The notes under the pieces were generated by a model that was not told the DNA's origin, ran no database searches, and was given only the letters and a program-made list of their open reading frames with translations. Positions 18,842-28,406 of a DNA stretch of 55,747 nt are shown one piece after another. The stretch lies in sequence record DRR723986_5079; one strand, given 5' to 3'. A program made the translations under genes and the position numbers. Numbering within the stretch: position 1 is the first letter of the stretch; each line of letters starts with the position of its first letter.

Positions 18842-19303
18842 TCAGGTCCTCAGGGTTTCAGCGGCACGCTGGATTGCATGGCGAATGCGGACGTAGGACG
18901 CGCAGCGGCAGATGTTGCCGGACATGGCGTCGTCGATATCCTCAACGCTCGGGTTCGGATTGTGTTGCAGCAGATCGATGGCGGACATCACCTGACCGGA
19001 CTGGCAATAGCCGCATTGGGGAACATTGAAGTTGCTCCAGGCATCCTTGACCGCCACGGACACCTCGTCGACGAGACCTTCGATCGTCCGCACGGACTGA
19101 CCGTCGATGCTTTCGACCGAAGTGATGCAGGCCCTCTGGCCCATGCCGTCAACGTGAACGGTGCAGGCGCCGCACTGGGCAATGCCGCAACCGAATTTCG
19201 TTCCGGTGAGACCGTATTCGTCCCGGATCACCCAGAGAAGAGGCGTTTCCGGGTCGCCGTCATACGTCACCTCTTTGCCGTTGAGTTCGAATGTCACAGC
19301 CAT
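18842..19303 (-). CDS. 2Fe-2S subunit (isoquinoline 1-oxidoreductase alpha-like)
   Basis: [48 protein letters not shown] before MAVTF. Confidence 0.93.
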   Translation of the reverse strand: MAVTFELNGKEVTYDGDPETPLLWVIRDEYGLTGTKFGCGIAQCGACTVHVDGMGQRACITSVESIDGQSVRTIEGLVDEVSVAVKDAWSNFNVPQCGYCQSGQVMSAIDLLQHNPNPSVEDIDDAMSGNICRCASYVRIRHAIQRAAETLRT

Positions 19304-19409
19304 CCAACAACTCCTTTGCTGTCGTTGATGCCAACACCTGGCCGTTGCCGGCGTGGTCATCGACAAAAACTGAGGGAGAGACGTCGCAGGGATGTGCCGG
19401 GAGAGCGAG

Positions 19410-19543
19410 CGTTTGTATCGTTTGTATCGCGGCGCACACGCGGCCACCTGTGCCGACGAGGGTGACCGGGCAAGCAAAGCTGGTCTCAGTTGGCACCCGG
19501 AACCGGCATCAACCGGACATGTATGCCACATTTGATACATTTG
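19410..19543. promoter_or_regulatory. Two oppositely oriented 9-bp-period direct-repeat sites in the divergent promoter (candidate OmpR-family boxes)
   Basis: CGTTTGTAT x2 at 19410-19427 (GATACAAAC x2 on minus) and GCCACATTT-GATACATTT at about 19525-19543 on plus. Confidence 0.55.
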
Positions 19544-19603
19544 CCGACGTGGCCGGCGCTTCGATCTGGGCTATTCATGGGGTGTTCTGCCGGGATAAGC
19601 ATC

Positions 19604-20323
19604 ATGAAAGACAAGCCCCATATCGTCATCGTCGACGACCACCGGGAAATCCGCGACCTGATCGGGGACTACCTGACAGGCCATGGCTACCGAGTCAGTC
19701 TTGCCGATGGTGGGGACGCGCTCAGAAAGGTGCTGAAGTACAACGCCCCGGATCTCATACTGCTCGATGTGATGATGCCGGGTGAAGACGGACTGGAGAT
19801 CTGTCGCAACTTGCGGTCTGAGACGCAGGTTCCGGTCATCTTCCTGACTGCTCTTGCCGAGGATACGGACAGGATCCTGGGTCTGGAAATGGGAGCCGAC
19901 GATTATGTCGTCAAACCTTTCAACCCGCGGGAAGTTCTGGCCCGTATCAGGGCGGTGCTGCGCAGAGTGGACAATGTACCCTTCAATCGTGGCAAGTTTT
20001 CCAAGGAGACAATCCGTTTCGATCAGTGGACGCTCGACCTCGGCAGGCGTGAGCTGGAGCGGAGTGATGGTCTGACGGTTGCACTGAGCACGGTCGATTT
20101 CCGGCTTCTGAAAGTGTTTCTGGAAAATCCCAAAGCGGTGCTGACCCGGGAAAAGCTGCTGGATCTTACGGTGGGCAAGGAAGCCGAACCCTTCGATCGC
20201 AGCATCGACAATCAGGTCAGCCGGCTGCGCAAGAAGATCGAGGCCAATCCAAAGAACCCGAGGATCATCCAGACCCACTGGGGCGGTGGCTACAGCCTCG
20301 GCGTGGACGTGGAAATAACATGA
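19604..20323 (+). CDS. OmpR-family response regulator
   Basis: IVIVDD, LLDVMMPGEDG, GADDYVVKPF, DRSIDNQVSRLRKKIE, IQTHWGGGY. Confidence 0.95.
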   Translation: MKDKPHIVIVDDHREIRDLIGDYLTGHGYRVSLADGGDALRKVLKYNAPDLILLDVMMPGEDGLEICRNLRSETQVPVIFLTALAEDTDRILGLEMGADDYVVKPFNPREVLARIRAVLRRVDNVPFNRGKFSKETIRFDQWTLDLGRRELERSDGLTVALSTVDFRLLKVFLENPKAVLTREKLLDLTVGKEAEPFDRSIDNQVSRLRKKIEANPKNPRIIQTHWGGGYSLGVDVEIT

Positions 20324-21726
20324 TCAGCTGGTGGAAACGCAGTCTCGGCCGGCAGATCATCGGCCTCATGCTGATCGCGCTGGTTCTTGGTCAGTGCATC
20401 GGCTTCGCGCTTTCCTGGAACAGCCGCAGGGCGGCCCTCAAGGAAGCCGCCGAAAGTGAGTTCGTCAGCCGTACGTCAGCGCTTTGCGAAGTGATCCAGT
20501 CGATGACGGAGGACTTCAAGACAAATGTCCTGCTTGCCAGCGCGACGACCTACACGAGGTTCTGGCGAAGCGCCGAAGATCCGAGACCGGAAGGACGAAA
20601 CTGGTACATCGTTGCCCGAAACGAGCTTCTGACGCCGCTCTCCGATATACTGAAGACACCCCTTCAGGCAGCAACGGTGAGCAATACGGCTTCCGAGGAA
20701 TTCGTGCAGCGAAAATCCTTCGAGGGCTGGTCTGCCATGGAAAACCCGCTGTGGACCTGCCCGCAAGCGGCAAGCGTCCTGCCGTTCAGGGACCAGATCG
20801 GTCTTGGCATCGTCGTGGAACTTGCCGATGGAAGCTGGCTGAACGCGGTTTTCTACAAGACCCACATCCCCAACGACGGCACTTATCAATCGCTCGTCTC
20901 GACTGTTGCGACAGGGATTGCTCTTTGTCTGTTCGGCATCTTTGCGACCCGCCGCATTGCCCAGCCTCTCAGTGCGCTCGCCGATGCGGCGGAAAAAATC
21001 GGCCGCGGTGAGGAAAGCGCGCCTGTGCCGGAACGCGGGCCCCGCGACATTGCAAGATTGTGCGGCACCTTCAACCAGATGCAGGAGCGGCTGCGCCGGT
21101 TCGTCGAAGATCGGACACAGATGCTGGCGGCAATCGGCCATGATCTCAGGACCCCGCTCACGACAATGCGGTTGCGTGTCGAACAGATTGGGGACCCTCA
21201 ACTGCGTGACCGGCTGACCGAAACCATCGACGACATGAAATCGATGACCGATGCCACGCTGTCTTTCGCCAGAGCGGATGCCGCCACCGAAAAGACAAGG
21301 CTGGTGGATATGGGCTCGCTCCTGGAGAGCCTTTGCGATGACATGAGGGAACTCGGTCTCGATATCGACTTTGAGGAAGCAGACGGGATCTCCTGCCGGT
21401 GCCGCCCGGACGGCATCAGGCGCGCCGTTCGTAATCTCGTCGAGAACGCCTGCCAATACGCAGGCAAAGCTTCCGTTTCCTGCAAAAGGACACCATCGGC
21501 AGTCGTGATCACCGTCGCCGACACCGGGCCGGGGATTCCGGACGCGGATCTTGAACAGGTCTTTCTGCCTTTTTTCCGGTTGGAACAGTCAAGAAACCGG
21601 GACACCGGTGGCACCGGCCTCGGCCTGTCGATTGCCCGCGCCGTCGCCCGCCAGCACGGCGGCGACATTCGGCTGGAACCGAACAAGCCGGGCCTGCGTG
21701 CCGTTTTGACCGTACCTTGTCAGTAG
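20320..21726 (+). CDS. HAMP sensor histidine kinase
   Basis: Two TM segments, HAMP, H-box GHDLRTPL, NLVENA, DTGPGI, GGTGLGL; ATGA-coupled to the regulator. Confidence 0.94.
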   Translation: MISWWKRSLGRQIIGLMLIALVLGQCIGFALSWNSRRAALKEAAESEFVSRTSALCEVIQSMTEDFKTNVLLASATTYTRFWRSAEDPRPEGRNWYIVARNELLTPLSDILKTPLQAATVSNTASEEFVQRKSFEGWSAMENPLWTCPQAASVLPFRDQIGLGIVVELADGSWLNAVFYKTHIPNDGTYQSLVSTVATGIALCLFGIFATRRIAQPLSALADAAEKIGRGEESAPVPERGPRDIARLCGTFNQMQERLRRFVEDRTQMLAAIGHDLRTPLTTMRLRVEQIGDPQLRDRLTETIDDMKSMTDATLSFARADAATEKTRLVDMGSLLESLCDDMRELGLDIDFEEADGISCRCRPDGIRRAVRNLVENACQYAGKASVSCKRTPSAVVITVADTGPGIPDADLEQVFLPFFRLEQSRNRDTGGTGLGLSIARAVARQHGGDIRLEPNKPGLRAVLTVPCQ

Positions 21727-21841
21727 GGACCCATGCCTGGCGTTCCGTCGTTACGGTGCGTGCCTATCCACACTCTTGACGTCAACAGGCAGGGGGTGGT
21801 CGCCCCCCCCTGCGCAAAAGCGCAGGGAGCACCATAAATCA

Positions 21842-21991
21842 TCAGCGAGATGCCGACGACAGGTGCAGTTCACGTGTCATCGCTTCCAGCGTCGTCAGCG
21901 GTGCGGTGAAGACGACGAGTGCAAGGAACGTCGCGAAGGCTATGATGATCAGGGCCCCGGCAGGGGGATGAGGTTCAGATGTCACTGTCAT
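21842..21991 (-). pseudogene. 5' remnant of an MFS transporter (49 codons)
   Basis: MTVTSEPHPPAGALIIIAFATFLALVVFTAPLTTLEAMTRELHLSSASR*; resembles TM1 of drug:H+ MFS proteins; overlaps the RibD-like gene stop; not in the ORF track. Confidence 0.55.
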
Positions 21992-22688
21992 TCCGGTCTC
22001 GATGGGATGTCTCCCGGATCACCTTGTGGCGGATCCAGATGGTTCCGTCGTCGAATGTGCTGGAGGTGATGAGTTCGAGCCTGCGTGCATCACGCGGTTG
22101 CGTATGCTCGTAAATGGCTGGAATGCCGCTCTGTCCATCAATAACCGGGAAGACGAGTGTGCTGGTTTCATCGATCATGTCGGCTGCCAGAAATGCGCCG
22201 TTGAGAGTACCGCCACCTTCCAGCAACAGACGCCGGCAATCGAAGGCTTTCGAAATCCTTGTCAGCGCACCGGACAGATCAGTTCCCTCCGCACCGGCAA
22301 AGAAAACGGAAATTCCGCGGCCGTACAGATCCTGGACATGGTCGTCCGCAACTCTTTCCGAAAGCACGATCACGAGATGATCGCCGTCGAGGTCTCCGGT
22401 TTCGGGGCGTAGACGCCCGGTGCGGTCAAAGCAGATCGCGACCTTGTTTCCAGAAGAGCCGGCTATGAGATCCGGACGCGAAACCGGACCTGTAGAGATG
22501 CAGGGTTCAGCTGAGGCAATGAAATCTTCCATTGTGCGCCGACCGACAATCCAGCCGTCACTGTCCAGACGTTCGGCAGCGCTTTCATAGGCTGCCATGA
22601 CTTCTTCCTCGCTGACCGGCCAGCGACCGGGAAGGAGGCGGCCGTCGAGAGAGGTGATCATGTGGCAGATGATGAAAGGTCGTTGCAT
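21975..22688 (-). CDS. RibD C-terminal / dihydrofolate reductase-like protein
   Basis: ICHMITSLDG, WIVGRRTME, LLLEGGGTLNGAFL..DMIDE...PVIDG. Confidence 0.88.
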   Translation of the reverse strand: MQRPFIICHMITSLDGRLLPGRWPVSEEEVMAAYESAAERLDSDGWIVGRRTMEDFIASAEPCISTGPVSRPDLIAGSSGNKVAICFDRTGRLRPETGDLDGDHLVIVLSERVADDHVQDLYGRGISVFFAGAEGTDLSGALTRISKAFDCRRLLLEGGGTLNGAFLAADMIDETSTLVFPVIDGQSGIPAIYEHTQPRDARRLELITSSTFDDGTIWIRHKVIRETSHRDRNDSDI

Positions 22689-22796
22689 CTGATGCGTTGC
22701 TTCCGGTTTCAAGGAGCTTGGGCGGCAAGTCGAATTTGGAGCTGACACATTATCCCGCAGACCGGATGGAAAATATGCCCTGAGCCCAGCTTGCAC

Positions 22797-22849
22797 TGAT
22801 GAGAAGGACTCATGAAACAAACCGGCTTTCGTTGATGAAATTGGCTCAA
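22797..22849. promoter_or_regulatory. LysR-type boxes upstream of the RibD-like gene
   Basis: TGATGA-gaaggac-TCATGA (22797-22815) and a weaker ATGA-aattggc-TCAA (22835-22849); same motif at 37740, 38712, 40302 and 40384. Confidence 0.6.
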
Positions 22850-22880
22850 CACCAGCTTCAATCAAACACGGGGCTCAATA

Positions 22881-22927
22881 CAACCATACCGATGTATGAG
22901 CGGTAAGACCTGCCGTACAATGGTTCC
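22881..22927 (+). promoter_or_regulatory. Promoter with CATAC-N4-GTATG operator, copy 1
   Basis: CAACCATACCGATGTATGAG-N15-TACAATGGTTCC; near-identical architecture at 27186-27232. Confidence 0.72.
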
Positions 22928-22995
22928 ACGGTGCCCTTTCCCGCAGGCTGATGACGTCACCGCAGGCACCGCCTGCATCAGCTACGGGGAACAAC

Positions 22996-23970
22996 ATGTC
23001 CATGAAATCTGTCACGCGACGCTTCGTTCTTGAAGGACTGGCATCGGCCCCCGCGATCGGCGGGGCCGTATCCATCGTTATGCAACCGACCCCCGCCACG
23101 GCGGAAGAAATCAGGGGAACAAGCCAGATGACCGCGCAATTCGTTACCACCGCAGACGGCACCGAAATCTTTTACAAGGATTGGGGTCCGAAAAATGCCC
23201 AGCCGATCCTGTTTCACCACGGCTGGCCGCTATCTGCCGATGACTGGGACGCCCAGATGATGTTCTTTCTGGCGAAGGGGTACCGGGTGCTGGCGCACGA
23301 CCGGCGCGGCCACGGCCGTTCGACCCAGACATTCGATGGCAACGAGATGGACACTTACGCCGATGACGTGAAGGCGCTGGTGGAAGCGTTGGACCTGCAA
23401 AACGTCATCCACGTCGGCCACAGCACCGGCGGTGGTGAAGTGGCCCGCTACCTCGGCCGTCACGGCACAGCCCGTGCTTCAAAGGCCGTGCTGCTTGGCG
23501 CTGTGCCGCCGTTGATGGTCAAGACAGCGGCCAATCCGGGCGGTCTGCCGCTGGAAGTGTTCGACGGTTTCCGGGAAACCTTTCTGGCCAACCGTTCGCA
23601 GTTCTTCCACGATATTCCGGCAGGGCCGTTTTACGGTTTCAACCGGCCGGGTGCCGTTGTCAGCCAGGGCATCATCGACAATTGGTGGCGCCAGGGCATG
23701 ATGGGGGGAGCAAAGGCTCATTACGACTGCATCAAGGCGTTTTCCCAGACCGACTTCACGGAAGACCTGAAAAAAATCGATATCCCGGTTCTGGTCATGC
23801 ACGGCGACGACGACCAGATCGTCCCGATCGGGGCCTCGGCGCTGGAAAGCATCAAGCTGCTGCCGAAGGGCACGCTGAAGGTCTATGAGGGGCTGCCGCA
23901 CGGCCTTGCAACGACCCATCCGGACATCGTCAATCCCGATCTTCTGGAGTTCTTCGTCCAGCCGGCGTGA
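22996..23970 (+). CDS. Non-heme chloroperoxidase/perhydrolase-type alpha/beta hydrolase with a possible Tat leader (alternative start 23128)
   Basis: [48 protein letters not shown]; upstream in-frame SVTRRFVL. Confidence 0.9.
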   Translation: MSMKSVTRRFVLEGLASAPAIGGAVSIVMQPTPATAEEIRGTSQMTAQFVTTADGTEIFYKDWGPKNAQPILFHHGWPLSADDWDAQMMFFLAKGYRVLAHDRRGHGRSTQTFDGNEMDTYADDVKALVEALDLQNVIHVGHSTGGGEVARYLGRHGTARASKAVLLGAVPPLMVKTAANPGGLPLEVFDGFRETFLANRSQFFHDIPAGPFYGFNRPGAVVSQGIIDNWWRQGMMGGAKAHYDCIKAFSQTDFTEDLKKIDIPVLVMHGDDDQIVPIGASALESIKLLPKGTLKVYEGLPHGLATTHPDIVNPDLLEFFVQPA

Positions 23971-23993
23971 GGACTTGGTTTCAGCCAGATAAA

Positions 23994-24017
23994 CGGGAGG
24001 ACGGCAGCGTCCTCCCG
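23994..24017. terminator. Hairpin between convergent genes
   Basis: CGGGAGGACG-GCAG-CGTCCTCCCG perfect 10-bp stem. Confidence 0.65.
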
Positions 24018-24018
24018 A

Positions 24019-26115
24019 TCATGTTTGCACCGCTGCAGAGGCAACGGGCAGCTCCACCTGGAACCGTGCCCCGCCGAGCGGTGAACCGTCCGCCAGGATC
24101 CTGCCGCCATGACCTTCCACGATATTGCGGCAGATGGACAGGCCGATGCCAAGTCCGGTCTGTTTGGTGGTGTAGAAGCTTTCGAATATGCGCTCGCGCA
24201 TCTCCGCCGGAATGCCGGCACCGGTATCTTCCACGCGGATGACAACCCTGTTGTCCACCTGCGAGGTCGTGACTTCGATCAGCGGGAAGGGAATGTTCTT
24301 GCGGGCAAGTTCCTGGACGGCGTTGAGAATGAGATTGACCACCACCTGCTGGATCTGCACCCGGTCGACGAGGACATCCGGCAGGCCGTCCTTCAGCGCG
24401 GTTCGTGTATTTGTGCCGTGGGCTTGCAGCTCGTGGGCAAGAAAGACCAGAGCCTCCTCGATGATCCGATTGACCGGTGCTGCGAACTGCTGAGTCTCCC
24501 GCTTGGTGGCCATGGAGCGGATCCGGGACACGATGTCGGCCGCGCGCCTGGCATCGCAGACCATCGCCTCGTTGATGGCCATCAGTTCCTCAAGATCGGG
24601 GTCGGGCCGCTTCAGCCAGCGGCCGGCGGCTGACCCGTTTGCGGCGATTGCCGCCAGCGGCTGGTTGACCTCATGGGCGATGGAGGCTGCCAGTTCCCCG
24701 AGCACCGAAAGCCGGGATGCATGCGCGAACTCGGCCTGAAGCTTTTGCAGGGCGGACTTTGCCTCGACTTCATCCGTGATGTCGACGAGCCCGACAAGCG
24801 TCATCTTCCTTGCCCGCAAGATCGGCGAGGCATTGACCAGAAACATCGTGTCGAACTCGCTGCCGTCGAGGCGGCAGTTCCGGGCGCGGACTTCGAACGG
24901 GGTTGCCGAGGCGAAGCTGTGCTGAAGCACGGCCCGGAAGGCCTCTTCACCGGACGCTGGCCAGAAGCGGGATACTGTCTGGCCTATGAGGTCCTCTGCC
25001 GTTTCCGCACCAAGTATCTTGAGAGCAGCTGTATTGACCTCAACGATGAGGCAGCCCTCCATGGCGCGCCTGAGATCCTCCGGATGGTCGTCAAGATGAG
25101 CGCCCATGTCGGTAATGCCTCGGGCATGCAAGTCGTCATAGAAGCCAAGCAAGCCCGCAGTATCGAGCTGGAACAAGGCCGTGGACATGGCCTGGAAAAG
25201 ATCGCGGAAACGCAGTTCCGACTGTCTCAGTTCCTCTTCCACCTTGACGCGGTCGGTAAGGTCGATGACACCGACCAGAACCGAGCCACGACCATGATGG
25301 CCCTCCGGCCAACACACGGTGAAGAGCGCATCGATCAGCTGCCCGTCGAGCGTCGACAGCCGGGTTTCAGTCTGCAGGTTCGGTTCACGCCGCAGGGCGG
25401 CCAGCAAGGATCGGGCATAGATGGTCCGGCTTTCCTGCGGCCAGAATGGCGAGATATTCCGGCCGATCATGCCGTCCCGGTCCTTGCCCCCGAACAGCCG
25501 CACGGTCGCATCGTTGACATCCAGGATCGTCGTGCGGGCAATGGCCTCATCGATAAACTCGGGATGGTTTTGAAAATAGGCCGCGAAATCGGTGACGCCG
25601 GATTGCAGCAGGCCGCCGATCATCTGACGGACTTCGGTGAAGTCCAGTTCCCAGAACGAGGCGGCCATCGCCTGGAACACGTTGGTATACTGGTGGGTGA
25701 GTGTGCGGACGGAGATTTCCGCATCACTCAACGCGGTGATGTCGCGTCCGTATTCGATGATCCACTCGGACTGCCCGTCTGCCGCAGGCACCATCGCCCA
25801 GGTCGTTTCGACGGTGAGAGTGTTGCCGGAGGCGGTGGCGCGTTCCAGATCACCGTCCCAGGCCCGGTGCGTTGCGAAAGTCTGCTGCAGGGCCTGGACG
25901 GGTTGAGGATGCCGGCTTTGCAGCAGTGTGTTCAGCTCCTGCCCGAGTACTTGAGCCGATGTCCAGCCATAGAGCGTTTCGCTCGCCCGGTTCCAGTAGG
26001 CGATACGCCAGGTTCGGTCGCACAGGACGACGCTTTGCGGGGCATGGTCCAGAAGGGCGGTTGCTGCTGCGTCAGGGCGCTGCAAATCAGAAAGAGGGAT
26101 AGGTCCTTCCAGCAT
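24019..26115 (-). CDS. Cytoplasmic multi-PAS sensor histidine kinase (NodV/FixL-like)
   Basis: Three PAS-like repeats, no TM; GELAASIAHEVNQPL, DRVQIQQVVVNLILNA, DTGAGI, GLGIGLSIC. Confidence 0.92.
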   Translation of the reverse strand: MLEGPIPLSDLQRPDAAATALLDHAPQSVVLCDRTWRIAYWNRASETLYGWTSAQVLGQELNTLLQSRHPQPVQALQQTFATHRAWDGDLERATASGNTLTVETTWAMVPAADGQSEWIIEYGRDITALSDAEISVRTLTHQYTNVFQAMAASFWELDFTEVRQMIGGLLQSGVTDFAAYFQNHPEFIDEAIARTTILDVNDATVRLFGGKDRDGMIGRNISPFWPQESRTIYARSLLAALRREPNLQTETRLSTLDGQLIDALFTVCWPEGHHGRGSVLVGVIDLTDRVKVEEELRQSELRFRDLFQAMSTALFQLDTAGLLGFYDDLHARGITDMGAHLDDHPEDLRRAMEGCLIVEVNTAALKILGAETAEDLIGQTVSRFWPASGEEAFRAVLQHSFASATPFEVRARNCRLDGSEFDTMFLVNASPILRARKMTLVGLVDITDEVEAKSALQKLQAEFAHASRLSVLGELAASIAHEVNQPLAAIAANGSAAGRWLKRPDPDLEELMAINEAMVCDARRAADIVSRIRSMATKRETQQFAAPVNRIIEEALVFLAHELQAHGTNTRTALKDGLPDVLVDRVQIQQVVVNLILNAVQELARKNIPFPLIEVTTSQVDNRVVIRVEDTGAGIPAEMRERIFESFYTTKQTGLGIGLSICRNIVEGHGGRILADGSPLGGARFQVELPVASAAVQT

Positions 26116-26129
26116 GCGGCATCTCCCGT

Positions 26130-26501
26130 TCAGTCGGCAAGGGCCTGCTCGATCGTGTTGAGTAAGTCGTCGGTATCGAAGGGTTTCCGGAATACCGAGT
26201 AGGCTCCCGAGGCCTCCGCCCGGTCAAGCAGATTCTGCTCGGTCTTGGCGGTGATCATGATCACGGGGACCTGGCAGTCCAGATCGTCGAGCCGGTCTTT
26301 CAACTCGATGCCGGACATGCCCGGCATGTGAATGTCTGTGATGATCAGATCGGTGTCGCCTAGCACCGCGCGGTTCAGGAAAAGATCGGCGGTGGCAAAG
26401 GTCGAAACGCGCATTCCCACTGAACGAAGCAGCGACGAAATGGCGTTGCGCAGCGATTCATCGTCATCGATGACCGCCACGCAGGCTGCCTCAGAGGTCA
26501 T
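26130..26501 (-). CDS. Single-domain response regulator
   Basis: VAVIDDD, IITDIHMPGMSG, IMITA, KPF; no output domain. Confidence 0.9.
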   Translation of the reverse strand: MTSEAACVAVIDDDESLRNAISSLLRSVGMRVSTFATADLFLNRAVLGDTDLIITDIHMPGMSGIELKDRLDDLDCQVPVIMITAKTEQNLLDRAEASGAYSVFRKPFDTDDLLNTIEQALAD

Positions 26502-27153
26502 GACTGTCGAGCCTCGCCAATCCGGAGGCATCCACATGAGGGTCTTTCAGACCGAGGATCTGGGCCATGCGCACAAGGTCGGCCAGGGTTCTGGCTCTCA
26601 TTTTTTTCATCATCGTTCCACGGTGGATCTTTACTGTGATTTCGCTGAGGTCGAGATCCGCTGCGACCTGCTTGTTGAGGCGTCCGGCACAGACACGCGT
26701 CATCACCTGACGTTCACGCCGGGTCAGGCTTTCGTACAGAGCCTGCAACTGGTCTTTTTCCCGATTGTCGGTCCGATTGCGGCTATCGCGTTCGATTGCA
26801 ATTGCCACCGCATCCAGAAGGTCCTGATCCCGGAAAGGCTTCGGCAAAAAGTCGACTGCACCCGCCTTCATCGCGCTGACGGACATCGGGATATCTCCGT
26901 GGCCGGTCATCATGATGGCCGGCATACGGATCCCGAGATCCTCCAGTTGACGTTGAAAATCGAGACCGCTCATGCCGGGCAGGCGCACATCGAGCAAAAG
27001 ACACCCCGGAGTGTCGTTGTTGCCGGCCTCAAGAAAAGCCGCGACGGACACATAAGACCTCGCCTCAAGACCAACGGACCGGAACAGCCGGACCAGGGCT
27101 TCGCGTAGCGAGGTGTCATCGTCGATGATGTGAACAATCGGATTGTCGGTCAT
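26491..27153 (-). CDS. FixJ/NodW-family response regulator
   Basis: HIIDDD, LLDVRLPGMSG, TGHGDIPMSV.AMKAGAVDFL.KPF, LTRRERQV...LNKQVA...ITVKIHRG. Confidence 0.93.
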   Translation of the reverse strand: MTDNPIVHIIDDDTSLREALVRLFRSVGLEARSYVSVAAFLEAGNNDTPGCLLLDVRLPGMSGLDFQRQLEDLGIRMPAIMMTGHGDIPMSVSAMKAGAVDFLPKPFRDQDLLDAVAIAIERDSRNRTDNREKDQLQALYESLTRRERQVMTRVCAGRLNKQVAADLDLSEITVKIHRGTMMKKMRARTLADLVRMAQILGLKDPHVDASGLARLDSHDL

Positions 27154-27185
27154 GGCCAAGTCCTCGCATGGGCCTGCAGTCCGTT

Positions 27186-27232
27186 CAATCATACGCCAGT
27201 ATGAGTGCAGCATCCCGGCAGATAATGGTTCC
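27186..27232 (+). promoter_or_regulatory. Promoter with CATAC-N4-GTATG operator, copy 2
   Basis: CAATCATACGCCAGTATGAG-N15-GATAATGGTTCC. Confidence 0.72.
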
Positions 27233-27317
27233 GGGACCCGTCTTGGCTCACCTTCTAGCCATCAGCCGGAAAGGCAAGCGATCCGGCGCTATTCGGCAAG
27301 GAGCAGAGGAGACGGAC

Positions 27318-28178
27318 ATGCTCGACAAGATTGCAGAAAATGATGCCCTGACGGCACCGACCCAATTCATCGAAACCGGTGGCAGAACTCTGGCTTACAG
27401 GTCCATCGGCAAAGGCAAGCCTATCCTGCTGGCAACGCGCTTTCGCGGCACTCTGGATCTTTGGGATCCGGCCTTCCTGAACGGGCTTGCCGAAAAAGGC
27501 TTTCGTGTCATCACCTTCGACTATTCCGGCCTTGGTCTGTCCACCGGCACACCCAGTTACAATCCCCTGGAGATGGCCGCGGATCCGCGTGATCTTATCC
27601 AGGCGTTGGGCCTGAAGGACGTGATCCTGCTCGGTTGGTCGATCGGCGGCATGGCGGCCCAGGTGGCGCTGACGCTTTATCCGCAGGAGATCAGCCACCT
27701 TGTGCTCTTGGGCTCGACACCTCCCGGCGATCTGGTGAAACCGGCAGAGCAGCTTTTTTACGACCTTGCCGGCAAGGACGTGAACGACTTCGAAGACGTG
27801 GTTGCCCTTTTCTTCGAACCGAAATCGGCTTCGAGCCGCGCGGCCGCAAGTCGGTCCCAGGCACGCATCGAAGCGCGTGAGGGCGATACCAGCCCGGCAG
27901 TTCCGATAGATTTTGCGCGGGCTCGCATTGCCGGTGGTCCGGCCAATCCGGCTTTCCCGGCTCCGTCGGTGATGGAGATGCTGAAGACGACCAGCGTGCC
28001 GATCCTGCATATCGGCGGAGATCACGACATCATCTTCCCGGTCGAGAACTGGTACGCGCTGAACGGGGTCCTGCCGACAGTCACACTGGTGACTTACCCC
28101 AGCGCAGGCCATGGGCCCCAGCATCAGCATCCTGAACTGACGGCAGACATCATCGCCAGTTTTGTCCGCAACGCCTGA
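27318..28178 (+). CDS. Alpha/beta fold hydrolase
   Basis: GAGGAG RBS; FDYSGLG, GWSIGG nucleophile elbow, GDHD, AGHG. Confidence 0.9.
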   Translation: MLDKIAENDALTAPTQFIETGGRTLAYRSIGKGKPILLATRFRGTLDLWDPAFLNGLAEKGFRVITFDYSGLGLSTGTPSYNPLEMAADPRDLIQALGLKDVILLGWSIGGMAAQVALTLYPQEISHLVLLGSTPPGDLVKPAEQLFYDLAGKDVNDFEDVVALFFEPKSASSRAAASRSQARIEAREGDTSPAVPIDFARARIAGGPANPAFPAPSVMEMLKTTSVPILHIGGDHDIIFPVENWYALNGVLPTVTLVTYPSAGHGPQHQHPELTADIIASFVRNA

Positions 28179-28190
28179 TGAAGGTTGAAA

Positions 28191-28234
28191 CTTCGGCGCC
28201 GGCAGATTTCGGTTCGAAATTGCCGGCGCTGAAG
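28191..28234. terminator. Long imperfect hairpin after the hydrolase gene
   Basis: CTTCGGCGCCGGCAGATTTC...GAAATTGCCGGCGCTGAAG; no clear U-tail. Confidence 0.45.
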
Positions 28235-28406
28235 CTCCCGGGCGCACAGATCTCATCCTGCCGCTCACGGCAGGTCGGATTGGATTGTTCAATAATCGAT
28301 TACAATGTGATCCGATTTTGATGACTTATAATCAGAAAAGTAGACGATATCTTTTAACCAGGCCCGGACGAATAAGGAAAGGTCCGGCAAAACAGGAGAA
28401 CTGAAA

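Noticed and set aside
24673-26202. 509-aa plus-strand ORF
   Set aside because: Antisense shadow of the PAS histidine kinase
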